Below are positions 34,801 to 48,378 of a DNA stretch of 64,000 nucleotides, in pieces. Location: contig OZ320319.1 in assembly GCA_976226885.1 (NCBI GenBank), forward strand, positions 27,094,001 through 27,158,000, written 5' to 3'. The notes beneath the pieces were generated by a model that saw only the letters and a program-made list of their open reading frames with translations, was not told the DNA's origin and ran no database searches. The position numbers were made by a program, and so were the translations under genes. This DNA is from Iphione sp. A-MEVVRFRX5. Taxonomy: Eukaryota. Each line of letters opens with the position of its first letter. The first letter of the stretch is position 1.

Positions 34801-37800
34801 TTTCGAATTTTGGGCCTCCGCCTTTTTCTCTTCCTGTACGACCACTGTGTCATCAGCCTCTCCGGAAACCCATACAACCTCCAATAGAAAGTGTGGTTTT
34901 CTGATATCGTATAATCAATGTCTGTGTTGCATGTTGTGACAGCCTATCTGAGCGACATCAGAAGGTACTCTCAGTAATTTCTTCTTTTTTTTCAGAAGAG
35001 CTCGATGTACACACGCACATACACTCATACAAATACATGACACCCGAAACTTGTGGATATTAAATCGAATTAGAAATGTTGGCACGAAATATTATAATAA
35101 ATGTTATCGGTTTGTTCCAAAAACACTGGAAGTTCACGTCGGAATCATCGACGTGAACTTCCACAAACGAATCAAAACAATAAATATATGTGCATGTATA
35201 TGTGCATGTGTATTATCAGTTTAAGAAATCTTTTGTTGGGACGCCCACGCCGATTGACTCCCTTTTTGGTCACCTGACCACATCCGGGGCCTATTGAACC
35301 AGATTCCTCGTGGTTGCTCCCATGCAGCCAGACCACTATGACTTGCACCTATTCCCCTCAACTCAAGGCAACAAATACACAGCTGACGGTAGGGAACCGG
35401 CAGAACTGTAAAAAGATGGCATTAATCTGTGTGTATTACAAATTCAAGGATAATCGAATAGAGATGATCTTTTATCAGGTTGTGAGATCGTATAGCAGTC
35501 AACTGTCAACTGAGTCTGGATATGTTCTTCAAAGCCCACAAATATGTGGGTCATGAGGGAGTGCAGGAGCTATTTTCTATATGATGCTTAGATGATGTGC
35601 AGAGGTGTGTACTTTGACGACCGATGATAGTACATTGTATGTTATTATAGTGCGGGCATGTTGGAAACAAATATACGCCGTGCAACAAGTAGAGTACATT
35701 TACATAATTTTCTAAGCAGTGAACAGTGAAATCTTTATCAGATATAGTTGGATGACTTGGTTAGGTTTCGTTTGAGTAAACGTTCTCTGACTTGTATTCC
35801 CTATTATCATGCCTATCTTTATAACAATCCTTTGTGTTTTGTTCGCACTAAATATCACCACAATCATCGTCAATAAATCAAAATGAAAGAACACGAACTC
35901 ATGAGGTGCACCAGCGAATATCACAGACAACTTGAACGATGTATTTTCTCACCAGTCAAATGGGCATAATTTAATTCAGCAAATACGTTGAATTTTGTTT
36001 CGACAGGTCAGACACCATAAATACATATTTATGATATTTGCTCTCCCCCTCAGGAGAATCTCGCCATGGATGGCCTAACGTTTTGCTACTGTTAGTTGCT
36101 CAGATCGACTCAGGATCTGCTCTGCACCATTTAGGTCAGCAGCATACCGCCGCTGCTGCTCCTCCCACGAGTCACTCACGTCTTATGTACATGTGAAACA
36201 ACACAAAAACGTCCTCTTTGTGTTTGTAGTCTTCCGCCCCGAAACCAGGCGGGCCGGTATGTTGACCAGTTCGAAGGAGTGTTGGTGGTAAGATGGCATC
36301 CCCAGTGTACACACGATCAGAGTCCGTAAAGGATTTTGGAGTTCCATGCACTGGTGTTTTGCTATAGGTTTTATTTGAGGAGAATGTTAATGTGGATTCA
36401 TTGATATGAAAGACTCAATAGAATCACTCTATTAAGAGTTCAACAGCGTCCATGTAATAAAGTGTGTTCCTAGGTGATCTAGTATAGGAGCAAATAAAAA
36501 CCGTGGTTCTCCTGTTCCCAAAGATACATGTATTATTTATTTATTTCACTCCAACTAACAGGTCTCACCACTTAAAATATAAGAACCTCGCTATAGAAGC
36601 AGAGGGGTCCTGGGGTTGTTTCTACTACTATCGGTACTCCAAAACTATAGACGGGGGCCAAACCTCAAATGAATTGTGTGCAAATATACATTGGTACATG
36701 CATGTACGTACAGCACATGCGAACCCGCACACACGTGCGCGTAGTTTTACCAATGCAGACATGATGTACCTATTTCGCGACAAAGATTGTAGAGAAAAAA
36801 ATCATATTTGTACTCCTTTTGTTCCCTCACTATCATATCAAATCAAATCTTTTAGTGAGAAACGATATCACTCACTGGGTTCTTTTCAATCTCGACTCTT
36901 ATATGAACATCACGGAAAGATACTCTGAGAAATTGAATATCACTGTCCTTATTGGGCTTCATATAATTTCAATCCGTACTACATTGTTGTCACCAGTTTT
37001 CTGAACTCGAATAGAGCGTATTCACCCTGTAGAGCTCTTTATATTGGCCGGATGTCCACTTGGTCTAGCCTTGGTCAAGAATATATTGCTCTCTACTTAA
37101 GATATTGATATTGACATTTGAAGGACACGGGGACACTAGTGGGACTTTATTTAGTGTTTACAAGATATGTTTGTCCATGTTCACGAACGTAACAGGACGA
37201 TTCTCGGGGAAGGAAAATCTATAGATATCATGCGTTCTTTTTTTTGTCCAAAGTATCTGTTTTCAAACGTATCCTTTGTTGGTCTGCGAAGCGTACAGTC
37301 CGGAGGATCGTTTTAGGTCAACCTCTAATTGGAGTACCCCTCGGTCAATCATTTACCTGAGATTATTAAAATGTCAGAGTAGTTTGTACAGGGAAACCCA
37401 TGCAGCACACAATAATCTAAAGATCCTGCAACATCAGATTGTCTGCAAAGAATAATACTATACACAATATGAGAATGCTGATATACTTATGACAATAGAT
37501 TAATTAATACTACGCCGGCTATAGACAAGCATTTGGGGCTGCTGGTTTTTCATCATTTATCCCATGAACTGCGCTACAAGGGCAGGCAACTGCCAGCACT
37601 GCCAACCTATTCGAGTGTCCATTTCGCAACACTGAAAAGGAACAACACCAATATTTCATACACCTTCGGATGAAACTGACAGATAAATACTGTTGAGCTG
37701 GAGCAAAGATGCATGATCGGTCCATTGATTTCAGAAGGGTTTTCCTTTAGCAGATGGTGCCACGGTGTGTCATTTAAAAGGTGCCCTGTTTGTACATTGA

Positions 37801-38539
37801 CTCCCTGTTGACTGGAAAGTATAACATACATGTACTAGGCATCCTGGCAGATTCCAAGTACATGTACCTCAGTACCAATGTCAATGTTCACTGTCCGCAA
37901 TCGGTTTGCACTCGCTATGCATGCTGTCCTGTCAAGTGTTCAGTGCCATACACCATTTATACCCTCAATACCGAATGCCTTGAGAAATGCATTGTCATTT
38001 GCCTTCGAATACAAGGGTCCACCTATAGCGCTGGATTGCCCTTTTTTGTAATAATTATAACTGACGCAAGTTTTGGAATAGCTCCGTATTCTGTCGAGAA
38101 AATGTGTGTACAGACACACCCGATCGCTTTGGTTAACCTACGGCTGGGTTGACATGCTGTATCTTTGGATTCTGCTACAAACATCTAAATATTTCACAAG
38201 ATGCATTGTCCTGTGCCCATACGTGTTACCACTCAGGAATAACTTATGTTACCTACGGTTGCGCATAGGCAGAGTATCTGAATACAATGTACATGAACAT
38301 GTATATCCCAGTGAGGATATCGTCCAGTTTCTGTACGCACGAAGATCATCGGATACATTTTACCACCTGTAGCTGGGTATAGAATTCCGTTCAACGTTCT
38401 ACCACCCTTAAATTAGGTCATCATACCGGAATCGCTCGGTGAGTATATACCGCCACAGTATCTGTGTGAACTGTTCGTATAAACAAGTGCGTTTACAACC
38501 CCAAGTACCTTTCAAAGTACGCCTCCAGTATGTTGAGTA

Positions 38540-39252
38540 CTACCAGGCCCTTATGCCTTGATGCACCTGCGACTGGACGTAGCCTGGGTGCTGCTGCATG
38601 GGAGGCAGCGAGTTCATATTGGTGCTATAGGCGGGCGTGGAAGCCGAGTATGCAGCAAAGGGGTTCACATTGTAGGGACCGTTGTAGGTGTTGGCCATGC
38701 AAGGTTTGCCGTCCCTCACTAACACGGGCACGGCCACCCGGCGAGGGGGCTGCAGCTGGGACAGCTCCAGCGTTTTGTCCTGGCGCTGCCGCTTCATCTT
38801 GTAGCGCCTATTCTGGAACCAGATCTTCACCTGAGTCGATGTGAGTTTCAGCATGGTAGCCAGCTGCTCACGCTCGGGCGCCGACAGGTAGCGCTGCTGC
38901 TTGAAACGCCGCTCCAGTTCATACACCTGCGCCTGCGAGAATAGTACGCGCGGCTTCCGCTTGGTGCGCTGCCGCAGCAGGTGGCATTCCGTCTCGCTAT
39001 CATCTCCCCTACTGCCCCCCTTGTTACTGCTACTGCCGTGGTTGTTGTTGCTGCCACTGTTATTACTGCTGGTGCTACTGTTGTTACTGTTACTACTGCT
39101 GCCCCCGGTGGTCGAGGTATGCTTGTTGGACCCACTAGATAGGTTGTTGTGACCGGTGCTGTTGGAGAGCGATGTCGCCGAAGGAGAACTGTGGTGGTTG
39201 GTGTAACCCGACGTACTTCCAGGCACTTTGTCTAGTTCCGCACAGGAAGGTT
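38540..39252 (-). CDS. NK4: NK4/tinman (Nkx2-3/2-5/2-6 class) homeobox gene, coding exon 2: homeodomain, NK2-SD, GIRAW
   Basis: Homeodomain [60 protein letters not shown] (38962-38783) with NK2-class Tyr54. NK2-specific domain [17 protein letters not shown] and C-terminal GIRAW*. Acceptor ttgttctttgtcttcAG at 39254-39253, phase 1. Confidence 0.97.
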
Positions 39253-41149
39253 CTGAAGACAAAGAACAAAAACTTGATATAATAACATATTTCATTATTG
39301 ACAATAGAGACCCAGGAAAAAGCGATTTAATTACATGATTTTATATGTGCGTGTGCATGTGCATGCGTGTGCGTGTGTGTGAACGCGCGCGTGCCTTTGT
39401 GTGCAAGACGTGTAGGAGGAAACCTATCCCGCACAAACAGGAGGAGGCGAAACACAGAATTCTTGACGCCTCGTACTAAAAATTTGTGCAGCTGCAATTC
39501 GACAAATGCCAAGTGACTAATCGTACAATATATCGCGTAATAATCCATGCTCGTATTTTATCTGTCACATGTATGTATTCAGATTGGTGGGCTTGATAGA
39601 CTCCGCATGTCTTCCGTCTATATGGTTTTTGCATATTCCCACGGTACATTCTGAGTGATACATTTTGCATATATATCACAACACTCTTTTTTATACCTTG
39701 TTACATATATATACACACTAAATGAGCATACCACATATGCTCTATTCAGTGTGAAGGAGTAACGCTCCTGCGCACCTAAAAAAGACATACATCTGTTCGT
39801 ACACATACTGTGATGTGCATGACAGGTACAAGAAAAGAAACATTATGGTAAAGATATGGGAGAAGCACAGGTTTTACGAGTGGGTGATATTGCAATATTT
39901 TCTACAAACGTACAAGAAGATTATTTAATCGACGCATGGATAAAGCACACATGCACATGTCCTGATTATGTATACCCTCCGTTCTGCCCTAAACTGTCCA
40001 CATTTCAGACATGCCTGCCTAGGAAAAGGTAATTTTGCCATTTTGTGACCAAATGTGAATGGATTTTACTTTTTTCAGTGAAAATTGCATGAGTTTTGCC
40101 ATTTACGGCCTAATTTTCATTCAATTTCTCATTTTCATGGGCTGAATTAACATGAATTTTGCCGTTTATCGGCCCATCCTTGTCTTTTGTGTGATATTCA
40201 CACTACCACACCTCGTTTGAAGTAGTTTTGCTTCTCTGCCACAGCTCTAGTTTTTTGACACGTTGTCCGCTGGACGGTGTCATGCGAAAATAGATGTCCT
40301 GCATGAATATAGGGTACATTTCTATGGAATTCACATCTGTTCTGAGCTCATGCAACTGTCCACTATTGGGACGCATCCATACTACACGGAGGGACGTCCT
40401 ACTGTACACGTATATATGTATATGTGTGCACTTCTATCTCTAGCTATCCGTTCCTTCAAAAGCAAAGGTGGACAATTGCATAACAGCACGATGCGTACAA
40501 TAAATGTATGTACACATGAAAGCATTCTACGGCCATGTATACACATATATCTATAGGCATATGTTCCACTGAGCATAAATGCAATGTATATACTTTGGAC
40601 TATCTATACAAATGAAAACAGTTCAAATCACAGTTTCTTACGATATCTAATGCGACAGTATCTTCAGGAACATGCGTATGATTCTAATCTTTAGGACCTT
40701 GGTTTCGCATATGTACTATTCCGTGTGTTTTTTGTGTGCTTGACCCAAATATATTCCTATTCAATGACCGATCCTTCTACCTGTGGATATTTTTCTTTCA
40801 ATGTCTATTTTTCCGATAGTTAATTGTCAGTTGATAAACAAACATTTTTTGTGTTAAGAACTATGAGGAAAATTGTGTTTACACATCCATGTTATTTCCC
40901 ATGTTTCTTTTGGTTAAAACCTGTGATGATGAATGAGAAGAAGACGTCAGGAAAAAAGTTAAAGGTATACGAAAATTACAGAACTGTCTATGTCCACAAG
41001 AATAGGACTAACTTGTCATAAAATACTCATCTTATTATGAGGTAACAATGTTATTGATTGCTTTATCATACGACACAGACGATGGATATCGTCTTGATAA
41101 CGGAGCTACCGTCAAACCCTAGCCTCTCTCCCTATACGTGGTAGTTTTT

Positions 41150-41830
41150 TTCCTGGCCGGCGGACGCAGGCTCCGGAGCCCGGCCACATCAGCTGGGAAC
41201 TCGCCGTACCCGGAGCCGGGCCCGCGGAGGGAGGACGGCCGTGTCAGGCGGCCGTAGCGCTTAGCGGCGGGCGCTGTTTGCCCAACTATTAGCGGCTGTT
41301 TGCCGAGTCCTGCTTCAATTTACCTGTTATGAATAGGCAAAGACAAGGAGCCGCTGAGAGTGAGTTAATCCGATATGGGTGATAAACTGCCCCCATCCAC
41401 CCCTCTCGGCCCTCAGCTCGAACCTAGGGCCATCCCCAGGCCCTCCTGCCCGCCAGCCGCACGGGGCGGCCTCCCAGCCGGAGCAAACAGATCAGTGTCA
41501 ATGGCAATAGAGAAATAATCCATAATAATCTTTTGTTTTGGGCGGCAACTCAAGCACGTGCAAATTAGCCACCGCTTTATCGCGCATAATTTGACGGCTA
41601 TCAGGTTCTCGTCCCAATCGATTACGCCGCTCGTCGCCAGAGGGCCCGCGTCAATGGCGGAGGGCGGACTAATGGGCGATAATAGGGCGGGACCGGAAGG
41701 CAGCGCGTCTCGCGCTCGTCCGCCGCTGAAAAGCCGCGTTTTTCGGCCGTCTCGGCAGCCCTCTTGTGTTGACTCGCTGACAACACACATCAACGGCGCG
41801 AAACATCATCCCCCCCGCCTTGTTTTGGAC
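41150..41830. promoter_or_regulatory. Intronic GC-rich island, candidate NK4 enhancer
   Basis: TGTTTGC at 41275 and 41297, TTAATCC 41365, TGATAA 41380, CACGTG 41555, TTTATC 41576, CGATAA 41677, in a CpG-dense block. Confidence 0.5.
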
Positions 41831-43774
41831 CAATAGATGTTGGTAAGCGCATGCGCACAGGGTAGTGGGAAGATGGCGGAATTCTGGAAGAAGGAATTTA
41901 AACTGAAATCAAAGGAGCGATGATTCTCTGTTGACCCGAGTGTGAATTGATATACGTTCATTGTGAGTACTGTACTTTCATGCTGAGGGTTGATTGGAAT
42001 AGAGAAGCTTCACTGTCGCTCGTTTACACAAATAGGCCCTGATTATTGACTGCAGACACTTTTCCCCTGCGCAAACGTTCATTTTTGTCTGTCACTTGTA
42101 TCTATTTTAAATCTGCAATTTGTCTAACCTTCCACATTCCCCTTGTCTACGTGTATTTCCATTTTTGCCAACCCCTTTTCCTGCCTCAATTTTCTCTTCC
42201 CATTTGTATAACTCGTGTACACGTTTAATCCCGCTGTGGACGCGTCATGTGCAAGTACATGTGCTCTTTCACCCTTCCCTAAACAGTGAGGTTCTCGTCT
42301 TCTGTTTATAATTCTAATTAATTCTCCTCGCCCATATTTTTCATTTATCATTTTTTCATGTCGTCTGCCTAAATTTCCTGGGCGGCGATACTTTTCAGAA
42401 GCATTCTCGTGTGTCGCCTGTGCTATATACCTTCCCGATGCTTTCTCCTATCCTGTCCAAGCCCCTATTACAACATAACTACCCATCTCCATGACCGCAC
42501 CTGTGCACGCGGGTCTTCCATGAAAGCAGTTCATGGCTCTTTGATTACACGGAATGAAGAGCTGCCGATGTAGATTAGATTCTTGACACCAACCAACGAC
42601 TAGAGAGGGAAATACATCTGAACCAAGTACAAGCGGTATTTCTTCATAATTTGCTTCTGTTACTGATTGTGGGACAAACCTGCCAGAAAAGCAGGTTGAC
42701 AATAGTACTAACCTAAAAGAAACAATACATTTAGTTGGACGCGCAATGCTTGGAGCTTGGACTGATTTGTTTCGATGACAGCTTTCATATCTCATTTCCC
42801 TAAATAGCAGCAACTTACACTTCTATTACATACGTATACTTAAACAGGGATCCGAAGTCCCGATGAACCAACAACATCAATTTTCATTAGAAAAAGTAAG
42901 AAAACATTCGTGCTAGTCAGACAGGTAGTGAATGTGACATAGATTTGAAGCGGTGTTATTTTCAAACTGTCTCCCCTACGTGGACGGGGTCCGTATCACT
43001 TGTCTACACCAACCAAGTTACCCCCTGGATGTAAGTTTTGCTAAGAGTGAGTGACCTTCCTGGTATCTACCAACAATTTGGGAGGAAAACGGGTAAGGCT
43101 GGCTTTCCATGCATATGGAAATTACCTCCAGTGTCCAGACTGCATAGTGCAGAAAATAATGGTCTCATGCACAGAGTTTAACAAAGGGTCACCCATGTAT
43201 CAGTGTGTCCATGTCCATGCTCTGTGTCCGGAGGTGCAAAAGGAACCTGGGCAGTAAATTTCTCCAGATTCCAGACTACGGACACCCACACAGACAGAGA
43301 GATACAGAGAGACAGAGAGAGAGTATGTATGTGTGTATGTATTGTATGTATATATATGTATGGAGGGTGAGGCATATGTGTGGAAATTGTGCAGTTTTTC
43401 ATGGAGGTTGGGGCATATCGGTGGAAATTGTGCAGTTTTTAGGCAAATAATATGCAAATTATAGATTACTTCACAACATCTATCATGTGATAGACAGTGT
43501 CTACCCAGCTGAAAAAGCCCTATTTTCAGTACACATGAAAGCACCTATTCGGAGAGTCTGGAAAATTGGCCGAATTTCTGGATGGGCTATGCTGTGCAGA
43601 AAATTTTCTGGATGCATGGAAAGCTGGCTTAACTGTGCTTGTGGGATGCCCGAAAAGAATCTGAAGTGCATGTACCATAATTTTATATTTAATCTACCCC
43701 TGCCACCTCTCTCCCTCTGTGCTCGTATCATCCCCCTGAGTACATTATAGCATGCCCTCTGACAAAATGTGATC

Positions 43775-43845
43775 AGGGCGGGGTAAGGGTTCGAACCCAG
43801 TTCTGACTATTTCTTCAGCACTCGCATCCATTCGGCCACAGAGGC
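43775..43845 (-). mobile_element. tRNA-derived SINE head or tRNA pseudogene relic
   Basis: Minus-strand A box TGGCCGAATGG (43838-43828) and B box GGGTTCGAACCC (43798-43787). No intact cloverleaf. Confidence 0.5.
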
Positions 43846-46800
43846 TGCACAAAGGTTAAACCATAATTTTTTCATTCATTCAAGTGTGGAAAGGTATAAC
43901 TATTGTTGGAGTTTTAATGAAACATTAAATTATGTTATCACTTTAATTAATGTGGGATGAGAAACCCCCCTCCCCTCTTTTCTTTTACTTTTCGATTGGG
44001 TCAGCAAATCGCACAGTTGTGGATTGTTCAGTTATGATTGTGAGTATGAATGCCAGTTCGTTGACCACCTAATCCCTTTCTCCCTCTCTCTCTCTCTATG
44101 AACCATCTTCATTGGTCAGCAAATCGCACATTTGCGGATCGTTCAGTTGTGTTTATGGGTGTGAACACCACCATGGCTGTCGCCTCGTGGACCTAATCCT
44201 ATTGACTGAATCTGCACATCGTTCAGTTGTGAAGACGGGAAGTTTAAACCAGTTGAAGTCCTTGTATACCGGCTCACACTCAATAAGTTACTTGTAACCT
44301 CGTACATTATTTCGTGTAATCGCTGGTACTTGTACTTTAACTAATACAAATATACCTATAGACACACACGTCAATACAAAAGTAACATTGATGCGAAGCC
44401 TAAAAACACCAAATTTCACGGAGTCATTCACTAAAAAAACCAAATTTCATGGAAACTAGACTGCAAATGTGTGGAAATGTGTTCTTTTTTGTATGAAATA
44501 CATGTATCTATAATATTCTTTCAACTCCACTTTCCCTATACTGCTGTGGAAAACATGGCTGTGTTGCCATGGAAAATGGCATTTTTTGTGGGGGAAAAAT
44601 ATGACAACATGTTTGTGAAAACATGTCACACACCCCATGTGTGCATGGAAACATTCATGTATATTAATGTATTAAAAGCACATTGAAAGCATGCTTACAC
44701 GTCCATAAAAACAGGTGTGAATGGAAATCTAGCCTAAGAGAAACATTCCTATAAACAAAGAGAAGTATCAAAAATCACCGTTTCGAAGTTTCCTCACTAT
44801 ATAATGCTTTTCATGGACACCAGTTCAAAGGTTTGTCTCATAGGTTCAAGAATGATTAAGAATCTTTACCTAATCAGCCCCACCGCTATTACTCACAATG
44901 GACATACATGTATATGTACGCCAGATTGAAATCTTGAGGGTCATTTAGTTTAGATGGTGCTAGAAACGCAAATTGCACAATTCAGTGCAGATATGGAATT
45001 CATGAAAGTGGCTGCGAGGTCCCGTGCAATAGCTTACAGTACATCCAAGGTATGGGTATGGGCTAATTGTCACGTATAACCAGTTATAATATTATCAACA
45101 ATTTAATAACATGACAAGAGATAACGTTTCATTCAACCAAATATTCGCAGTTTTGCACGACTTCCCTTTCAGATAGATATTATCTTCATATAGAACATAC
45201 GCATATCTAAAGAAATTTGCTCAGTGTTCGTCGTTAGATAGAATAATCATAATATATGATGCAGCACTGAGTCTTGTTTATGGGTGTCGCAATCATTTTC
45301 AGGAGAAAATCCGCTTTGTGTTAGAGTTTTTATCCTGAGTCACTATTGCATATACTCAGCAGTTCTCTCAATGTTCTCATGCTTACGACTGAATGCTCTG
45401 CGAAAGTTCAGCTATGGTTTCGGTTATATGACCAATTTTATGGCCAATCATCTGGATGACTGCATGTATAAAGAAGACTGTCAAGAGGAAATGTGAAAAG
45501 AAAGAAAGCGGTCATAGCACAATGTCTTATGTAAAATATGTACCTGCGGCTCCATACATGCACCTCCCAAAAAATTCAGAACTACGTATGATTTTAATCA
45601 AAATCCAAATGAAATTTTTGTAAATCATGAATTGTGGAGCTCAAGTATTAAGAGGATGCACTGTTACTATATCTAGTACTAACTGTAGTTTAATATTATA
45701 ATTTTCAAACAAAAACTCAAGTATTTCTATGAGTAATAATACAAAAATACAATTTACTAAGAATCCCTCATTAAAGTTGGATACACATGTACGTCTATTC
45801 TACAGGTTTATATTTGGTGGGAATGTACTCTTTGAAATGTGTCATTCTATCCATTGGCTAGGACTGATGCATGCTACAGCTTAAAGAATAAAAGGAGTAA
45901 ATCATGATGTGTATGGAATGAAACCAATGTGAAAATAACTTCTTTAATTGTGATGCATTGATCTGACACTAAATTTCTATTGAAGGCGCATTATGCAACA
46001 TCATCTGTCCCTCGGCATTGAATGAATGTAGCTCTCTGTCACCTGGAGTCTAAATTATTTCCATACAAAACGAAATATTACTAAAGAAAAACATTTCACT
46101 GTATAACTTTGAGAGAACACCTGGCTGGCCTTTAATATACACTCATCCTCATGGAGCGCGCCTTTACATGCCCCCATGGGGTCAACAATAAGATATGGAG
46201 ATGTATTTTGTGAACTTGCATTTAACTATATCTACAGGTGATGCTCATATAATTTTCCGGTTAGACAGAGGCAACTAGGGACAACAAGGGAGGGAAATAG
46301 GGGGACCTAGAAGATTAGAAAGAAAGGGGGAGAGGGTAAACAGGCAACAGACACTGTGAAAAGGTTACCTCAGGAGAGCAAGGAAGGAACATTTTATGAT
46401 GATAATTCATCCTTGGCACAGTTTTTTGGATAATATGGACATATGTTTTTGTTAATACGGATATTTTTAATGCACAATTAAAAACACTCAGGACAGTTTT
46501 CCTCCTGAGGGAATGATTTGAATAATGAACACCAAAGGATTAAGTCAGAGCTGTTTGTGTAGCTCTGCATTAGGGCCAGTTTCCTTACATGCATTGACAT
46601 CCGTGTGTTTTTTATTGTTTGGATGTATTTTTCATGGAAACACTGATTTCAGTGAGGGGTGCCCATTGGTTGTTTGTGCATTGAGGTGTGTTGTGCATCC
46701 GAGGTCCATTAATGGTTCCCAATAATTTAACACAAACGGACACCAAACAGACAGCAGTATACAGGAGATAGCCTTTGAATCAGGTGAAAGTCTATCATAG

Positions 46801-48067
46801 ATGTATGATAGATGTTTTTATACTTTTTGCAGTGAAATTCTATGATAGGTGTATGACAGATGTATGAAAAATGATATTTTCATACTTTTTCCAGTGACAT
46901 TCCCCAGTTTTATATACTTTTTCCAGTAAAATTCACCAGTTTTCATTCTTTTTCCAGTGATATTAACCAGTTTTTGTACGTTTACCAGGAGCATTGACTA
47001 GCTATAAGTAATAACACAGCCAAAATGCATTTTCAGTTGACACACGAATCCATGAGCCTGAGTTAAGGTAAAACGTATGTAAAATGTGTGGTAACGCACA
47101 TGGACCGCAAACGCAAGTGAACAGACCTCAGCGCATGTAAGGAATCCGGCCCTTATACATTTAGGGAAACGTTAATTAATGTATTTTGTATACAAGACTC
47201 CATCGCTTAGCAAGATAAATCTAAACATACATGTAATACGAAAATAAGTGTACAACTGTTCTCAGAAAACATAAAGATCATAACGAAAACTTAACCATTT
47301 CGATAGTATCCACCTCAAGAACCCCCCAGAAAATAACCCGAAAAGTCAAAGTTCCTGACACTTCATGTATGGAGAACCAAACAGGTGGTTGCTGTTTAAA
47401 ATTTGAGAGCGCAGATGACAATCCAAACATTTTCGATCAGGCCCGCTTCTGCGGATTTTTATTACCGAGTCACCGTTATACATGCACTTAAATCATTAGA
47501 TCCATAATTGATTGCACTTTAAGTGGTGGTACCAGTCTACGCAAACACAAGACCCTGGGGTCAATTTTTAGTCGCAGACCATGGCCAAACCAGATACATG
47601 TACCTCCCCAGCGCAAACGTCCCAGACATATAGGTTCATACAACTATAATCTCTCGGGTAATGTATTAATATGTGGATGTTATACTACACCAAAAGGCTT
47701 ACCGAACACTGGCAAACACACGCATGTCTGGGAAAATACCAATACAATACGAGAACGATTCATCAAAACCTTTTGGAAGACAAAACAAATTTTTCGTGGG
47801 TCTTTTATTAACGTCTTGCACAAGTGATTTATTGCTATTGTTCAGTCAAAGTTAGAGTCTAATTATTTATGCATATATAGACACTCTTATATGATTAGCA
47901 TAATACATATAGATGGGACAATATGGGTTGGATGTTTATCAAATTCTATAATTTGTATAGGGATGTATACAAAAATCCCGGGTGAATACGTTTTATCTGC
48001 AGAATTCTTACCCGAAAATTAACTCTAGCGTATGATTCAGAATATTTTGGAACTCAAACTAAATTTA

Positions 48068-48378
48068 GGGGCTGTTCACATGTATCCATAGGAAATATCT
48101 GTCTATGGGACCATAGATGTAGGCACCCCCTGTAGTTTCCGTATTTCAATTGCTCGCATATGTAAACCAGATGTCTCTGTGCTATTGTTTTCTATGGAAA
48201 ATGGATCTGTAGCTCTACTGAAACCATCTAAGGTGGATTTGTTACCTACATCTATGGATCCGTACCCTTAGGAAAATACAGGTGCGGCTACATGTGAATG
48301 CATTAATTGATCCATATAGAACAGATATCTATCGATCCTGAGACATAGAAAAATATGGATATACATGTGAACCAGCCC
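48068..48378. mobile_element. PIF/Harbinger-like MITE, same TIR family as 14306-14587
   Basis: TTA|GGGGCTGTTCACATGTATCC ... GGATATACATGTGAACCAGCCC|TAA. Confidence 0.75.

Noticed and set aside
38540-39252. Assignment to Nkx2-1 or NK3
   Set aside because: KPRVLF, QRYLS, LKLTSTQ, NRRY and GIRAW are NK4-class; no NK3-type homeodomain was found anywhere in the window.
39253-39304. N-terminal part of the 254-aa ORF ([17 protein letters not shown])
   Set aside because: It is the polypyrimidine tract and acceptor of the intron.
43775-43845. Functional tRNA gene
   Set aside because: A and B boxes are present, but spacing is short and acceptor and anticodon stems cannot be formed.
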